From Promethearchaeota archaeon (GTDB lineage: Archaea; Asgardarchaeota; Lokiarchaeia; Sigyniarchaeales; SOKP01), in NCBI GenBank assembly GCA_008080735.1, contig SHMW01000007.1, positions 21,315 to 85,314 of the forward strand: a stretch of 64,000 bases of DNA. The letters are read 5' to 3'. This document shows positions 38,569 through 49,326 of this stretch, in pieces. The notes below the pieces were generated by a model. The model did not search any database and had not been told where the DNA came from. It saw only the letters and a list, made by a program, of their open reading frames with translations. Made by a program: the position numbers and the translations under genes. Within the stretch, counting starts at the first letter, position 1; each line of letters starts with the position of its first letter.

Positions 38569-39822
38569 ATGGCACAAAACAAAGATAAGCATGTAGAATT
38601 AATGGCTCCTTTAAAAAATCTGAAGTCATTGAATGCTGTATTGAACTCTGCTAATGCGATATATTTCGGAGTGGAAGATTTAAATATGCGATCATTCGCG
38701 GATAATTTTCAGTTAAAAGATTTAGCTTATATAGTTCAGAAATGCCATGATAATAACCTTAAGGCTTATCTTACTTTAAATACAATCGTTTATGAGAATG
38801 AATTTGACCTTATAGAAAAAATATTAGACAAAGCCGTGGAAGTAGAAATTGATTCGATTATAGTTCACGATATAGGGGTAATTAATTTAATCAAAAAAAG
38901 AGGACTGGAATTTCATATTTCTACACAAGCAAATATTTCTAATTCTTATTCTGCGATGTTTTATGAGCAACTTGGAGCCAAACGGTTGATCCTTGCACGA
39001 GAATTATCGCTTGACCAAATTAAAAAGATCAAATCAAAAGTAAATAAAGCAGAAATAGAGACATTTGTACATGGAGCCCAATGTACCTCAATTTCCGGGC
39101 GTTGTTATTTTTCCGCGGAAATATGCGGTGCACAAGACTATTCAGCGAATCGTGGGAAGTGTGTTCAACCATGTCGCGGCAAATGGAGTGTTTATGATGA
39201 AAATGAGAATGAATTTCTTTATGATGGAGTATTTTTTATTAATACTAAGGATCTGTGTATGATTGAACATATTCCAGAATTAATAGAAGCTAATATTGAT
39301 GCGTTCAAGATAGAAGGAAGGATGCGCGATCCAATTTATATCGAGACCGTTTCTCAATGTTATCGAGAAGCCATAGATGCATATTATAACTCTTCATTTT
39401 CAGAACAAAAAGTCGAGGGCTGGCTAATTAAACTCAAACGAGTGTATAATCGGGGATTTTCCACCGGATTCTATTTCGGTATGCCCGACGGAAAAGAAAT
39501 TGTTAGGGAGAAGCACGGAAATATCTCGGAATATAGAAAAATGCAGATTGGAAAGGTGATTAACTACTTTCCGGAAAAGAAAGCTGCGAAATTATTACTC
39601 CATAGAGGGAAATTGAAATTAGGAGATGAGATCTTCATTATAGGAAAAAATACAGACACTTATCTACATCAAACGATTTCTTCAATTCAGATTAAAAAGA
39701 AAAGAAACCTTGTGGAGACTCCGCCTATATCAAAAGGATCTCATTTACGGGTTGGAATAACTGTTGATGAAGAAGTGAAGAAAAATGACGGAGTATATTT
39801 GTTAACAAACAAAGGAAAATAA
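38569..39822 (+). CDS. U32 family protein (TrhP-like Fe-S hydroxylation family)
   Basis: ELMAP, HISTQAN, LARELS, HGAQC..SGRC, CVQPCR, FKIEGR. Confidence 0.9.
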   Translation: MAQNKDKHVELMAPLKNLKSLNAVLNSANAIYFGVEDLNMRSFADNFQLKDLAYIVQKCHDNNLKAYLTLNTIVYENEFDLIEKILDKAVEVEIDSIIVHDIGVINLIKKRGLEFHISTQANISNSYSAMFYEQLGAKRLILARELSLDQIKKIKSKVNKAEIETFVHGAQCTSISGRCYFSAEICGAQDYSANRGKCVQPCRGKWSVYDENENEFLYDGVFFINTKDLCMIEHIPELIEANIDAFKIEGRMRDPIYIETVSQCYREAIDAYYNSSFSEQKVEGWLIKLKRVYNRGFSTGFYFGMPDGKEIVREKHGNISEYRKMQIGKVINYFPEKKAAKLLLHRGKLKLGDEIFIIGKNTDTYLHQTISSIQIKKKRNLVETPPISKGSHLRVGITVDEEVKKNDGVYLLTNKGK

Positions 39823-39960
39823 GCAACAATAATAAAATTTTTTAAAATTATTTCTTTCTAAGCCTGTTGTATTTTTAAAGATTAATTTATAAATTATTGA
39901 CGATATGAATAAGAATCAATTAGTCCTCTTTATATTCAAAAAAAAGGAGGGAAAGAAAGG

Positions 39961-40785
39961 TTGAATAGTCTTTTTAAAGATTCTATTAGAAAAATTTTAG
40001 ATCTAGATGGGAAAGTAGCTATAGTTACGGGAGGTGCTGTAGGAATAGGAGAAGCTATAGCATATAGGTTAGCAGAACTTAACGCTAAAGTTTTAATTAC
40101 TGATGTTGACGCAGAAAACGGAAAAAAAACAGCTAATAAAATTACTGATAATGGTGGTATTGCCGAATTTAAAATCGTTGATGTAAGCGATTTAAATATG
40201 GTAAGAGATTCCGTGGTTTATTGTGTTGAACAATTTAAGAAAGTGGATATTTTAGTTAACAATGCAGGAATCTTTCCGATGAGACCTATTTGGGATATCG
40301 ATCAGGAGTTATGGGACAGAGTTATGGATATCAATTTGAAAGGATCTTTTTTTTATGCGAAAGAGGTAGCAAAAATGATGAAGAGTAATCAAATCGGAGG
40401 TAAAATTATAAATATAGCCTCTATTGATGCATTCCATCCAACAGGAAGTCTTATTCATTATGATAGCTCCAAGGGAGGAATGATAATGATGACTAAAGCA
40501 TTGGCTCTTGAACTAGCGCCTTTTAAAATTAATGTGAATGCAATAGCTCCAGGTGGGGTCTCCACACCAGGTGCAGATGAGGTCCAGTCAATTGCAAAAC
40601 AACAGATGGAAAAAGCAGGGATGCAAGAACAAGCAATTCAAGATGCATTTACCGCACGCATTCCATTTGGCAGAATGGGTCAGCCTGATGAGATTGCAAG
40701 AGCAGTTATATTTTTAGCCACAGATCTATGTAGTTATGTAACAGGAGAAACTATAATCGTAGACGGAGGATACTTGCTTTCATAA
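39961..40785 (+). CDS. SDR family oxidoreductase (FabG-like)
   Basis: TGGAVGIG, NNAG, YDSSK, VDGG. Confidence 0.92.
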   Translation: MNSLFKDSIRKILDLDGKVAIVTGGAVGIGEAIAYRLAELNAKVLITDVDAENGKKTANKITDNGGIAEFKIVDVSDLNMVRDSVVYCVEQFKKVDILVNNAGIFPMRPIWDIDQELWDRVMDINLKGSFFYAKEVAKMMKSNQIGGKIINIASIDAFHPTGSLIHYDSSKGGMIMMTKALALELAPFKINVNAIAPGGVSTPGADEVQSIAKQQMEKAGMQEQAIQDAFTARIPFGRMGQPDEIARAVIFLATDLCSYVTGETIIVDGGYLLS

Positions 40786-40836
40786 CGTATTGAATCTAAT
40801 AAAAATCGGGATGAAAGCTTTGGAATCAAACAAGTC

Positions 40837-41634
40837 CTATCTTCCCATAAACTTACCAGCTACCTTTCCGACAAATTTCCGGGGTAATAATCGTACGAGA
40901 GTAGTCATGAGTTTGTAGTGCCATCCTGGCACTGAAACGTCATCTCCTCTCATTGTTGCTTTGTAAGCTTTCTTAGCCACTTTTTCAGCATCCATAAGGA
41001 TCAACTCTGTGATAACATTACCAGATTCCGACATAGTTTCCGTCAATTCTGTTCTTACAAAACCTGGACACAAGGTTGTTACGGACACACCCGTTCCTTC
41101 TAGCTCAATACTTAGAGACTCTGAAAAATTAAGAATATATGCTTTTGATCCAGCGTAAACTGAAGTGGTTGGAGTAGGAACTATTCCAGAGATCGACGAA
41201 ACATTGAGAATTCGTCCGAATTTTCTCTTAATCATTTGAGGGACAAGTAATTTCGTTAGTCGGGTGGTTGTTATTATGTGAAGGGTAATCATGTCAAGTT
41301 CTTTTTTCCATCTTGTGGAATGATCAAATTTCCCAAATTCATTGAAGCCCGCATTATTGACTAATATATCCACTCTTAAAGAATTCTTTTCCAATATTGA
41401 AGCTACATCATCCGCCGCTTGAATTGATGCCAGATCTTTAGAGATGATGTATGTATCTGCTCCATAATTTTCTTTGAGATTAGATGCCAGTTTATTTAAA
41501 AGCTGTTCGCGTCTCGCAATGATTATCAAATCACACCCATTTTTCGCAAATATTTTTGCGAGTTCTCTTCCGATTCCACTTGAGGCGCCTGTGATTAAAG
41601 CTCTAGGTTTTATTATGGATCCATTTGAGGTCAT
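40837..41634 (-). CDS. SDR family oxidoreductase
   Basis: TGASSGIG, NNAG, YAGSK. Confidence 0.92.
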   Translation of the reverse strand: MTSNGSIIKPRALITGASSGIGRELAKIFAKNGCDLIIIARREQLLNKLASNLKENYGADTYIISKDLASIQAADDVASILEKNSLRVDILVNNAGFNEFGKFDHSTRWKKELDMITLHIITTTRLTKLLVPQMIKRKFGRILNVSSISGIVPTPTTSVYAGSKAYILNFSESLSIELEGTGVSVTTLCPGFVRTELTETMSESGNVITELILMDAEKVAKKAYKATMRGDDVSVPGWHYKLMTTLVRLLPRKFVGKVAGKFMGR

Positions 41635-41712
41635 TGTAAATTTCTCTCTTGATTTATTAATTTTGGTTTAAAAGTTTAATTATTATACAAATTTCACAAA
41701 AATATGCTAAAT

Positions 41713-42042
41713 TTAAGATTCCAATTTCAAACCTGCATGTTGCCAACCCCTTTTCCCCGCTTTAAAATCATATACGTTTTTATATCCCATCTCAATCAAT
41801 TTCCTTGCCGAATTGGTACTCGAATGACATGAATAGCTAGCACAATAGACTACTATCGGAAAATTTTTATCAAACTTTTTAGGTATAACCTTCTTAATCC
41901 TTTCTTCGGGAATATTGATTGCGCCTGGAATATGCTCCTTTTCATATTGATCTTCGCTAAGGACTTCTACTAAAGCAAAATCTTTATCATTTTCTCTAAA
42001 TTCAATTAGAGACTCAATCGGAATAATTTTTAAATCAGCCAT
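41713..42042 (-). CDS. Rhodanese-like protein
   Basis: HIPGAINIP, VVYCASYSC, GWQHAGL. Confidence 0.9.
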   Translation of the reverse strand: MADLKIIPIESLIEFRENDKDFALVEVLSEDQYEKEHIPGAINIPEERIKKVIPKKFDKNFPIVVYCASYSCHSSTNSARKLIEMGYKNVYDFKAGKRGWQHAGLKLES

Positions 42043-42183
42043 AATTTAACTCCATATTTTTATTTCAAATAATAAGATGGTTTATATAACACTAATCTAT
42101 ATAAATTAGAAATCAAATCTCAAATCAGACTATTATTGTTAGCTTTTTAACATAAAAGTATTAAAAAAATAAGGACAGAATTA

Positions 42184-43077
42184 TTAAAAATCCTTATACT
42201 CGAAAGTTGAGAAGATTTCTTTAATTTTCTCCTTCTCCTCCTTTTCCAACCAAGTAGAACGACTATATTCCCTTATTTTTCCTAATTTGGAAATTTTCGA
42301 AACCCATAAAGGATTATAGGGTAAGAGTTCAATCTTTTTTATTCCCTTTTTTTGGAGATATTCTTTCCAATTATTTAAATTCTGTTCCGTTGCGGTGATC
42401 TCCGGAATTAACGGGATACGTGGTAATAGCTCAATATCCTCTTTTTTTAATATTATTTCAAAATTCTGCAGAATCGTAGTGTTATCCTTCCCGCAATATC
42501 TCTTATGGTCTTTTGAGTCAAAGATCTTTAAATCGAAATATATTAGATCTAAATAGGGTAATATTAATTCGTAAAATTGTTCATAAGCAAAATGTCCACA
42601 TGTTTCCAAGCAAACATGTATCTCATGTTTCTTTACTTTCTTTAAAAATTCATTTAAAAATTTCATTTGCATTGTCGCTTCACCCCCAGACAGCGTGATT
42701 CCACCACCCGAGTTTTTGTAGAAGACCTTATCTTTTAATATCTCATCGAGCAGTTCCTCGACTTCATATTCAAATGCAGTAAATTTTAAGGCGCTTGTAT
42801 CACATACTTGAATGCATTTTCCGCAAAAATCACAGATTTCAATTTGAATAGGATATTTTAAGGAAAAATCGATTGCTCCATTAGGACATTTCTCTTGACA
42901 GCTTAAACAGCTTATACAAGATTCAATATCATAAGTGATCTCTTGTGTCATAGTTTTTGTCTCTGGATTTTGGCACCATACGCATGATAAGGGACATCCT
43001 TTAAAAAAGATTAATGTACGAATTCCCGGACCGTCATCCAGAGCATTACGCTTTATATTTGTTAAGATAGCTTTCAT
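42184..43077 (-). CDS. Glycyl-radical enzyme activating enzyme
   Basis: DGPGIRT, GCPLSCVWCQNPE, ferredoxin-like insert, GGITLSGGE. Confidence 0.95.
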   Translation of the reverse strand: MKAILTNIKRNALDDGPGIRTLIFFKGCPLSCVWCQNPETKTMTQEITYDIESCISCLSCQEKCPNGAIDFSLKYPIQIEICDFCGKCIQVCDTSALKFTAFEYEVEELLDEILKDKVFYKNSGGGITLSGGEATMQMKFLNEFLKKVKKHEIHVCLETCGHFAYEQFYELILPYLDLIYFDLKIFDSKDHKRYCGKDNTTILQNFEIILKKEDIELLPRIPLIPEITATEQNLNNWKEYLQKKGIKKIELLPYNPLWVSKISKLGKIREYSRSTWLEKEEKEKIKEIFSTFEYKDF

Positions 43078-43125
43078 AAATGCATATAAAAAAGAAAATA
43101 ATCTTAAATAAATTAATATTAAAAA

Positions 43126-46101
43126 TTAGTGTGTTTTAAATTCTGTTCGCTCTATGATTTCCATCTGGAGATCTTTATTTAAATCAACAAAATAGGCATT
43201 ATATCCCGAGATTCTGACCATTAACCATCCATAATTCTCAGGATTCTTCATTGCATCCCTAAGAGTATCGGTTGATACCACGTTGAACTGAATTTGCATA
43301 CCCCCCAAATCAAAATAACTCTGCGTATAGCCATAAAACTGATCAATGGTCTCTTCGTGTGTATCATGGGCCCCCGGCACTAATTTGATGTTAAACGCGA
43401 GATTATTTGGCATCTTCACGGTGTCTAATGCAGCTACAGATCGTATGTTTTCTATTAGTACGTCTTTATCACTGGGTACGGGAGTTAGGCCAGGAGTAAA
43501 TGGTTTGTTTGCTTTTCTCCCATTAGGTAGAGCACCCGAGAGAGTTCCGAAGGCAACATGATTAGACATACTCCAAAAGCCCACCAAATATCTGCCTCCT
43601 CGATAATTCTCAAATGAATAAAAATCATCATACACATAATCAATGATATCTTGTCCTAGCGAAATTGTCTCACTATCATCCACACCGAATTTTGGAATTG
43701 ATTGGATTCGCTTAAGAAGTAATTCACCTTCTGGAGTGGAGAAATTATTTGCTACATGTTGGTTTAATTCCGTAAATGAGATTTCCTCATTATCATATAC
43801 CAGAGTTTTAACCACTTTTAATGTATCAATAATATCTGCTAATCCAATCATCGCTACTCCCGATGTATTGTAGATTGCTCCTCCATCCACGAGATCCTTT
43901 CCTTTCTCCAATGGTCCTTCATATAAGGAGCTTAGCAGTGGAGAAGGATGAAGGATTTGATGTGTTGTTCCGAGATAATTATTAATTTCCACACTTTTTT
44001 CTATAATAAAATGAAGTTGTTTTTGAAAAGCATCTGTAAAGGCATCGAAGGTCTTAAAATCAGAAACATCCCCCGTTTGAGGGCCAAATACTAGTGTATC
44101 GCTCACGACGGGATGGATTCCATTATTCAATGTCATCTCCATTGCTGCTACCATATTATACATCATGCTATTAGTATGTCCGAAATGTTTCCCGCAGATA
44201 GTGGGCTCAACGCAACCAGTCGCCGCCCATGTCCTCGCATCCTCTAATTCTATCCCAATCTTGGTCAAAGCCTCTATCATTTTGAGATCATTGTGAATCG
44301 ACGGGGTGGCATGAGTGTTAATATTAACTTCCAAAAGCCGATCTAAATATTCTTTTGAATTTACTCCAGGACAATATCGTGCGTTCATATTCGGATCTCT
44401 CAGCTGGAGCATCTCTGTCACTTTTAGGATGATAAATGTCATATCGCATATTGCTGAATTACCCCTTTTATCGACTCCTCCAACGGTAAGGGCAAAGTCT
44501 TGACTACTGCCTCCGAATAAGTGATTGCCTACGTCTGGGACTAATGGTGCTTGATCGGAGACTCTCATAAAGAAATTACCCATTAATTCTATTGATCGCC
44601 GTACATATTTTTCCTTCTCTTCTTGGGAGGTTATCTTTTTCATATCCGCTTCGAAATATGGCTGCAGCCAGTGGTCTAAGCGCCCTAAAGATAATCCCAT
44701 ATGAGGATTTTCTTGGGTAAGGGCAATCCACATAATCCATATAGAAGTAATAGCCTCTTCCAGCGTTTCTGGGGGTTCGGCTGGCACCCGAGAAAGGACT
44801 GACGACATACGTAAAAGATCCTCTTTTCTCTGTTTCATTCTTTTTGAGGAATTCTCATTAATTTCTTGAGCTTTTTGTTTTGCATGTTCTCCAAGATTTT
44901 TTGAATAGTTAAGTACTCCTTCCAATGCTAATTGTATACCTTTATAAAAATCCTTCTTTTTTCCCTCAGAGGTATGTGCCTCTTTCTCCTCGATTTCTCG
45001 AAGTAATCCACCTACACCTTTTTGTAAAAATGCAGGAAAACCCGGAATCGTGTGCGAGATTGCTTGGGTTTTCCACATAAAGTAAAATACGAAATGTTCA
45101 TCCATACGATGAGAAAGCGCATTATTATCAAGAATTCTGGTATATTCTCTGATATTTCTGTCCATCCAGTAGGGAAATACCTCATAATTGAGAATATCAA
45201 TTGCTTGTTGGTCAATAACATGTGGGTTGAGCTCTCGGGCGTCGATTGAATATAATTCTGGCCAAAAAATAATTGCTCCAAATTCAGGATAAATCATTGT
45301 GCCTAAGGTCTTGGTAGTTGAAGTGCCCGGAAGAATTGACCAGTCTTGGATCATCGGTGTTTTCTCTGATAAAATATAATTTACTATTTTACCCATTTTT
45401 AACCCTGGATGCTCATGATTTCCATCTTCTGGAGTGTAGCCGATTTCTTTGCAGATATCGGTCACAAGTTTCGCACGCTCAGCACATACTTCTAAATCTG
45501 ACATGGAGCGGATATATTTTAAATATTCTAGCTGTTTGAAATCGCTCAGAGTGTATTCGCTCAAATATGGGTCGTCTAAATATTTAACCTTATCAATCTT
45601 ATACCCTAATGATTTATTTTTCATATGTTCTGTGCCATTTTTCCAATTGGAAAACTCTTCTAAATCTATAATGGCCTTCGTTTCCCACTCTTGTTGTCGT
45701 TGATCAAACCCATCCTTATGCCTAAGGAGAATATAACAAAGCAGAAAGAAAAATTTCGCCATATCACTTAAATTACCGATAGTGTGGATTTCATTTTTCA
45801 GCATCATATTAATGACTTCTTCGGGCTTGCTCCGGGGAAGTTTTTTAAAGTCCTTCACTTTCTTATATTTGATCGTCACAGAGGGATTTTCTATTATATC
45901 CTCGATTACTTCCATATTACCATCATTAAAGATGATTGAGACGCTTTCCTCCTCATCCTCCTCAGTAGTAAAAAGGATTCGAGAATTAAAGACGTGCCCG
46001 GTCTCCTCATTATAAATCTCTTTTGTGAAGTTAGGATCCTCATCAAGCGTCTTTTTCATTAACCTAAATACGTTCGCAATTTTCTGTTTTACTCTTGCCA
46101 T
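43126..46101 (-). CDS. Glycyl radical enzyme (PFL2/eliminase-like) with N-terminal SCP2-like domain
   Basis: SLGRLD, TGCVEP (single Cys loop), LMVRISGY; N-terminal about 125 aa SCP2-like (..NPSVTIKY..EIHTIGNLSDMAKF). Confidence 0.9.
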   Translation of the reverse strand: MARVKQKIANVFRLMKKTLDEDPNFTKEIYNEETGHVFNSRILFTTEEDEEESVSIIFNDGNMEVIEDIIENPSVTIKYKKVKDFKKLPRSKPEEVINMMLKNEIHTIGNLSDMAKFFFLLCYILLRHKDGFDQRQQEWETKAIIDLEEFSNWKNGTEHMKNKSLGYKIDKVKYLDDPYLSEYTLSDFKQLEYLKYIRSMSDLEVCAERAKLVTDICKEIGYTPEDGNHEHPGLKMGKIVNYILSEKTPMIQDWSILPGTSTTKTLGTMIYPEFGAIIFWPELYSIDARELNPHVIDQQAIDILNYEVFPYWMDRNIREYTRILDNNALSHRMDEHFVFYFMWKTQAISHTIPGFPAFLQKGVGGLLREIEEKEAHTSEGKKKDFYKGIQLALEGVLNYSKNLGEHAKQKAQEINENSSKRMKQRKEDLLRMSSVLSRVPAEPPETLEEAITSIWIMWIALTQENPHMGLSLGRLDHWLQPYFEADMKKITSQEEKEKYVRRSIELMGNFFMRVSDQAPLVPDVGNHLFGGSSQDFALTVGGVDKRGNSAICDMTFIILKVTEMLQLRDPNMNARYCPGVNSKEYLDRLLEVNINTHATPSIHNDLKMIEALTKIGIELEDARTWAATGCVEPTICGKHFGHTNSMMYNMVAAMEMTLNNGIHPVVSDTLVFGPQTGDVSDFKTFDAFTDAFQKQLHFIIEKSVEINNYLGTTHQILHPSPLLSSLYEGPLEKGKDLVDGGAIYNTSGVAMIGLADIIDTLKVVKTLVYDNEEISFTELNQHVANNFSTPEGELLLKRIQSIPKFGVDDSETISLGQDIIDYVYDDFYSFENYRGGRYLVGFWSMSNHVAFGTLSGALPNGRKANKPFTPGLTPVPSDKDVLIENIRSVAALDTVKMPNNLAFNIKLVPGAHDTHEETIDQFYGYTQSYFDLGGMQIQFNVVSTDTLRDAMKNPENYGWLMVRISGYNAYFVDLNKDLQMEIIERTEFKTH

Positions 46102-46377
46102 TTTAAATGCATCAATATTTATTTTTCTCTATACATAATCTCTTCCAAACGTTTAAATAATTTATTAATTATTCAAATAAGGGATCTTTTCAAAAGGATA
46201 TAAAATCATATCTTAGCCAATGAAGGATATCGGAACGAATTCATCCTCGAATATCTTATCTTCCCTCACCAACCAAAATAAAAATAATTGAACCTACTAT
46301 TCTTCGAACCATTATACATAAATGTAGAATCCCCATATTATCTTGCTTTAAATACCTATTTTCTTATTATTTTATAT

Positions 46378-46635
46378 ATGTCAAAAGAAATTGTCTGTAA
46401 CATCGAATTTTCCGACCCTACAACTAAACAGGTCGAACAAATCATCGGAAAAGTGGATATACCCCAGATCGTTTCTGGGGAAGATGCCTGTATCACGGTC
46501 AAGATAAAAGTCCAAGAAAAAGGTAGCTGGAAGGAAAAAGAAAACGTGTTTCATAAAGATGATATAAGAAAAATTACATTCTATGAAGTTCATTCGCATT
46601 TAGACATGGCATCTTTGAGAGTATCAAATAGTTAG
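46378..46635 (+). CDS. Hypothetical protein (beta-rich)
   Basis: ATG at 46378 preferred to upstream TTG; 85 aa. Confidence 0.6.
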   Translation: MSKEIVCNIEFSDPTTKQVEQIIGKVDIPQIVSGEDACITVKIKVQEKGSWKEKENVFHKDDIRKITFYEVHSHLDMASLRVSNS

Positions 46636-46939
46636 CAGACTCTTCGATAATACTTTAATTTGTAGGAATTTTTAACGTCGAGATCTAAATCAAAAGATTC
46701 AAGCGGATTTTTATCCTTCAAACCATGAAATTTTATTCCAGATTTTATCTACATCATCCCTAGGTTCAGAAAGGTTGATCTCTATCATTAATATAAAACA
46801 CTGCTAAAGACCCAAAGAATGATTACAATTATAAAAATAAATCAACATTATCGCAAGAATGACAGAAATATAAAAAAAAATGAGAATTATTAGTTTGTTT
46901 CATAAACTAATTATACAGCGTAAAGAATTTGACCTATTT

Positions 46940-47374
46940 TTACATCTCATCTAAGATGTCTTCGAAACCTTCCATGGCTAACTCAATAATTTCTTGGAAC
47001 GCCATCGCGTCTTGAAGATTTCCTTCGACGGTAATGTCTCCGGCCATGTAAGCGCTTGTCGCGTCTACTTCACCGAATAACATTCCGAGGCCAACTTCTT
47101 TGGTAGCTGAGAATGTAAAAGATGGATTATCTACATCGCCTTCACCATATTCGAGGTTTCCCTCGCTGGCTTTTACCCAGAACTTTTTGTCGGCGTCAGT
47201 TAAGATCATTTGTACGGCGATATCCATATCTTCCAATTCTTCTTTCAAGTCTTCCATTTCATCAGCGACTTGTTCGAATAATTGAAAGCATTTTAATGCA
47301 TCGTCTGGTTCAGCAGCGGCTGCACCAGCGTCAAATTTCTCTTTTAATTCATTAACTAATGCTTCATCTACCAT
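46940..47374 (-). CDS. SCP2 sterol/lipid-binding domain protein
   Basis: DATSAYMAGDITVEGNLQDAMAF; highly acidic. Confidence 0.9.
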   Translation of the reverse strand: MVDEALVNELKEKFDAGAAAAEPDDALKCFQLFEQVADEMEDLKEELEDMDIAVQMILTDADKKFWVKASEGNLEYGEGDVDNPSFTFSATKEVGLGMLFGEVDATSAYMAGDITVEGNLQDAMAFQEIIELAMEGFEDILDEM

Positions 47375-47991
47375 TTTTAATCAACCTTCTTTTATAATAT
47401 GTGCCAATTAAATTTGTATTGAATTTAATTGTATGTTAATATAACACAAGAACATATAAAAAGCTTAATACGAAGAACGTATGCAGTATTGATCAAATGG
47501 TGATAGAGTTTAAAAGAGTCGACCTCGATGAGCTCCAAAACTGATAATTGGGTAAGGAGAAGATAAATTTTTAGTTAATTGAACAAAAATGATTTATCTC
47601 CACAAAAAAAAGTAAATTCTTTATCAAACCTTCAGAGAATATTATTTCTATAGTCATTATAATCTTGGTAAATTGGTGGGCAAGGGTTTGAGCTTAGTTT
47701 TCTGGTAGCATTGTTGGGCAGCCAAGTCATAGGGTCGGCTGTAATTGCGGCGGGAAGGTTTCTGTAAAGGAAAAAAAGAACACATATTTCTTAGGGATCA
47801 AGAGAGCGTTTTCAATAGCACGGGTATGGGTAATTAAAATAAAAATGTCGCGTTCTAGCTTAGAAGATATTATGATGAGAGTTTTATACAAAATAAACCT
47901 TTTAGATGAGTAAAAGTCCACGGGAAGAATCGGAAAGTTATAATTCTGTTCTATTTTTGCTATAAGTAGTGGAAAATACAAAAATGTCACC

Positions 47992-49317
47992 ATGGTTTTG
48001 GTGAGCTCAGATTTGGATAAAAGAAACCTAAATGAATTGGAATATATGAACTGGACTTTGGGGCAGCCGTACAATATCTCAATGGCAATTACGATACGGG
48101 GATCAGTGGATAAAGCACGCCTTAGAAACGCATTGAATAAAGTCCAAGTCCGTCATCCTCTTCTAAGAGCGCAAGTGCTCGTTGAGGAGAAGTCTGAGCC
48201 ATACTTTATCTGGCCCGATAGCATCGACACTATCCCACTTGAGATAATTACTCGTGAAAGTCCGGAGCAAAAAAAGGGGGTGGTGGAGAGAGAATTTATA
48301 ACACCTTTTGAAACGGGAACCGAATGTCTGAATCCGCTCATTCGCACTAAACTGCTTTATTCGGAGTCTGAATCGGACCTCATCGTTACGATGCTCCATA
48401 TCATTTGCGATGGTTTTTCTATGGTATATCTCATCGGTGACCTCTTGAGCTTTATGGAATTTCCGGACTTAGAATTTGAAATCCTCGAGGTGGTAAAAGA
48501 TACAGAGGATATCCTTCCTCTCTCGTTCCAGAAAAAGATTCCAAAAACTACCATAAGATTCAAACTCATATTCGCTCTGGTCAAATTCATAGTGAGCTTG
48601 AAATGGTTAAAGAACAGATTGTTCAGCAAAGAGCAGTCCCAAAAACAGATGATGATCACAGATGTTGCCGATAAAAACCTCATGACGATTTCGTGGCGCC
48701 TCGACAGGAAAAAAACTACCCAATTAATTAAAAATTGTAAGAATCACAAGATTTCAGTCCACAGCGCCCTCTGCACGGCATTCTTGCGTTTTTTTCCGAC
48801 CATCAATAATCCCGTAAACGTGAGAGATCGATTGGCATATCCTGTGGGAAATTCAGTAGGATTATACGCCAGTGGGGCGGTGATAAAGCAGAAATATAAC
48901 CTAAACAAATCCTTTTGGGAGAATGCAACCAAATATCATAAAAAACTGCGAAAAAAACTTAAAGGGAACGCGGTGTTTACCATCTATAAGACTTTTTCGA
49001 GAGTGGTTCCTCTGGAATCGATTGAAAAGTTCGGGCCCCTCTTTTTGGAGTTAGCAAGCAATAGTCAGCCCTTTGGAGTGACGAATCTCGGCTCATTAGA
49101 TAAATTAAAGATTAATTCCATCTCGAGCGAACTGGACGTGGTGGATCTCTACGGAGGCGTGTCAAGCACTATCGATGCGTTAGTTGCGGTGATATTTACT
49201 ATTAATTCAAGGATCCACTTTCATGTTCATTATTATGAGCCAACTCATACAAAAGACGAAGTCGAGCAATATATTCGAGGTGTAAGAGATATTTTACAAG
49301 AGACCTTACTGGAATAA
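47992..49317 (+). CDS. Condensation-domain / PapA5-like acyltransferase
   Basis: RHPLLRA, HIICDGFS (HxxxDG), PVNVRDRL, VTNLG. Confidence 0.85.
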   Translation: MVLVSSDLDKRNLNELEYMNWTLGQPYNISMAITIRGSVDKARLRNALNKVQVRHPLLRAQVLVEEKSEPYFIWPDSIDTIPLEIITRESPEQKKGVVEREFITPFETGTECLNPLIRTKLLYSESESDLIVTMLHIICDGFSMVYLIGDLLSFMEFPDLEFEILEVVKDTEDILPLSFQKKIPKTTIRFKLIFALVKFIVSLKWLKNRLFSKEQSQKQMMITDVADKNLMTISWRLDRKKTTQLIKNCKNHKISVHSALCTAFLRFFPTINNPVNVRDRLAYPVGNSVGLYASGAVIKQKYNLNKSFWENATKYHKKLRKKLKGNAVFTIYKTFSRVVPLESIEKFGPLFLELASNSQPFGVTNLGSLDKLKINSISSELDVVDLYGGVSSTIDALVAVIFTINSRIHFHVHYYEPTHTKDEVEQYIRGVRDILQETLLE

Positions 49318-49326
49318 AGAAAAAAA

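Noticed and set aside
43126-46101. Pyruvate formate-lyase (pflB)
   Set aside because: The active-site loop has a single Cys (GCVEP), not the adjacent CC of PFL.
47405-47431. 10-bp inverted repeat CAATTAAATT-N7-AATTTAATTG upstream of SCP2
   Set aside because: Almost all A/T in an AT-rich genome and not clearly repeated before the paralogue; cannot be supported as an operator.
47640-47990. Slightly GC-richer intergenic stretch as ncRNA or transposon remnant
   Set aside because: No recognisable fold, terminal repeats or transposase motif by eye.
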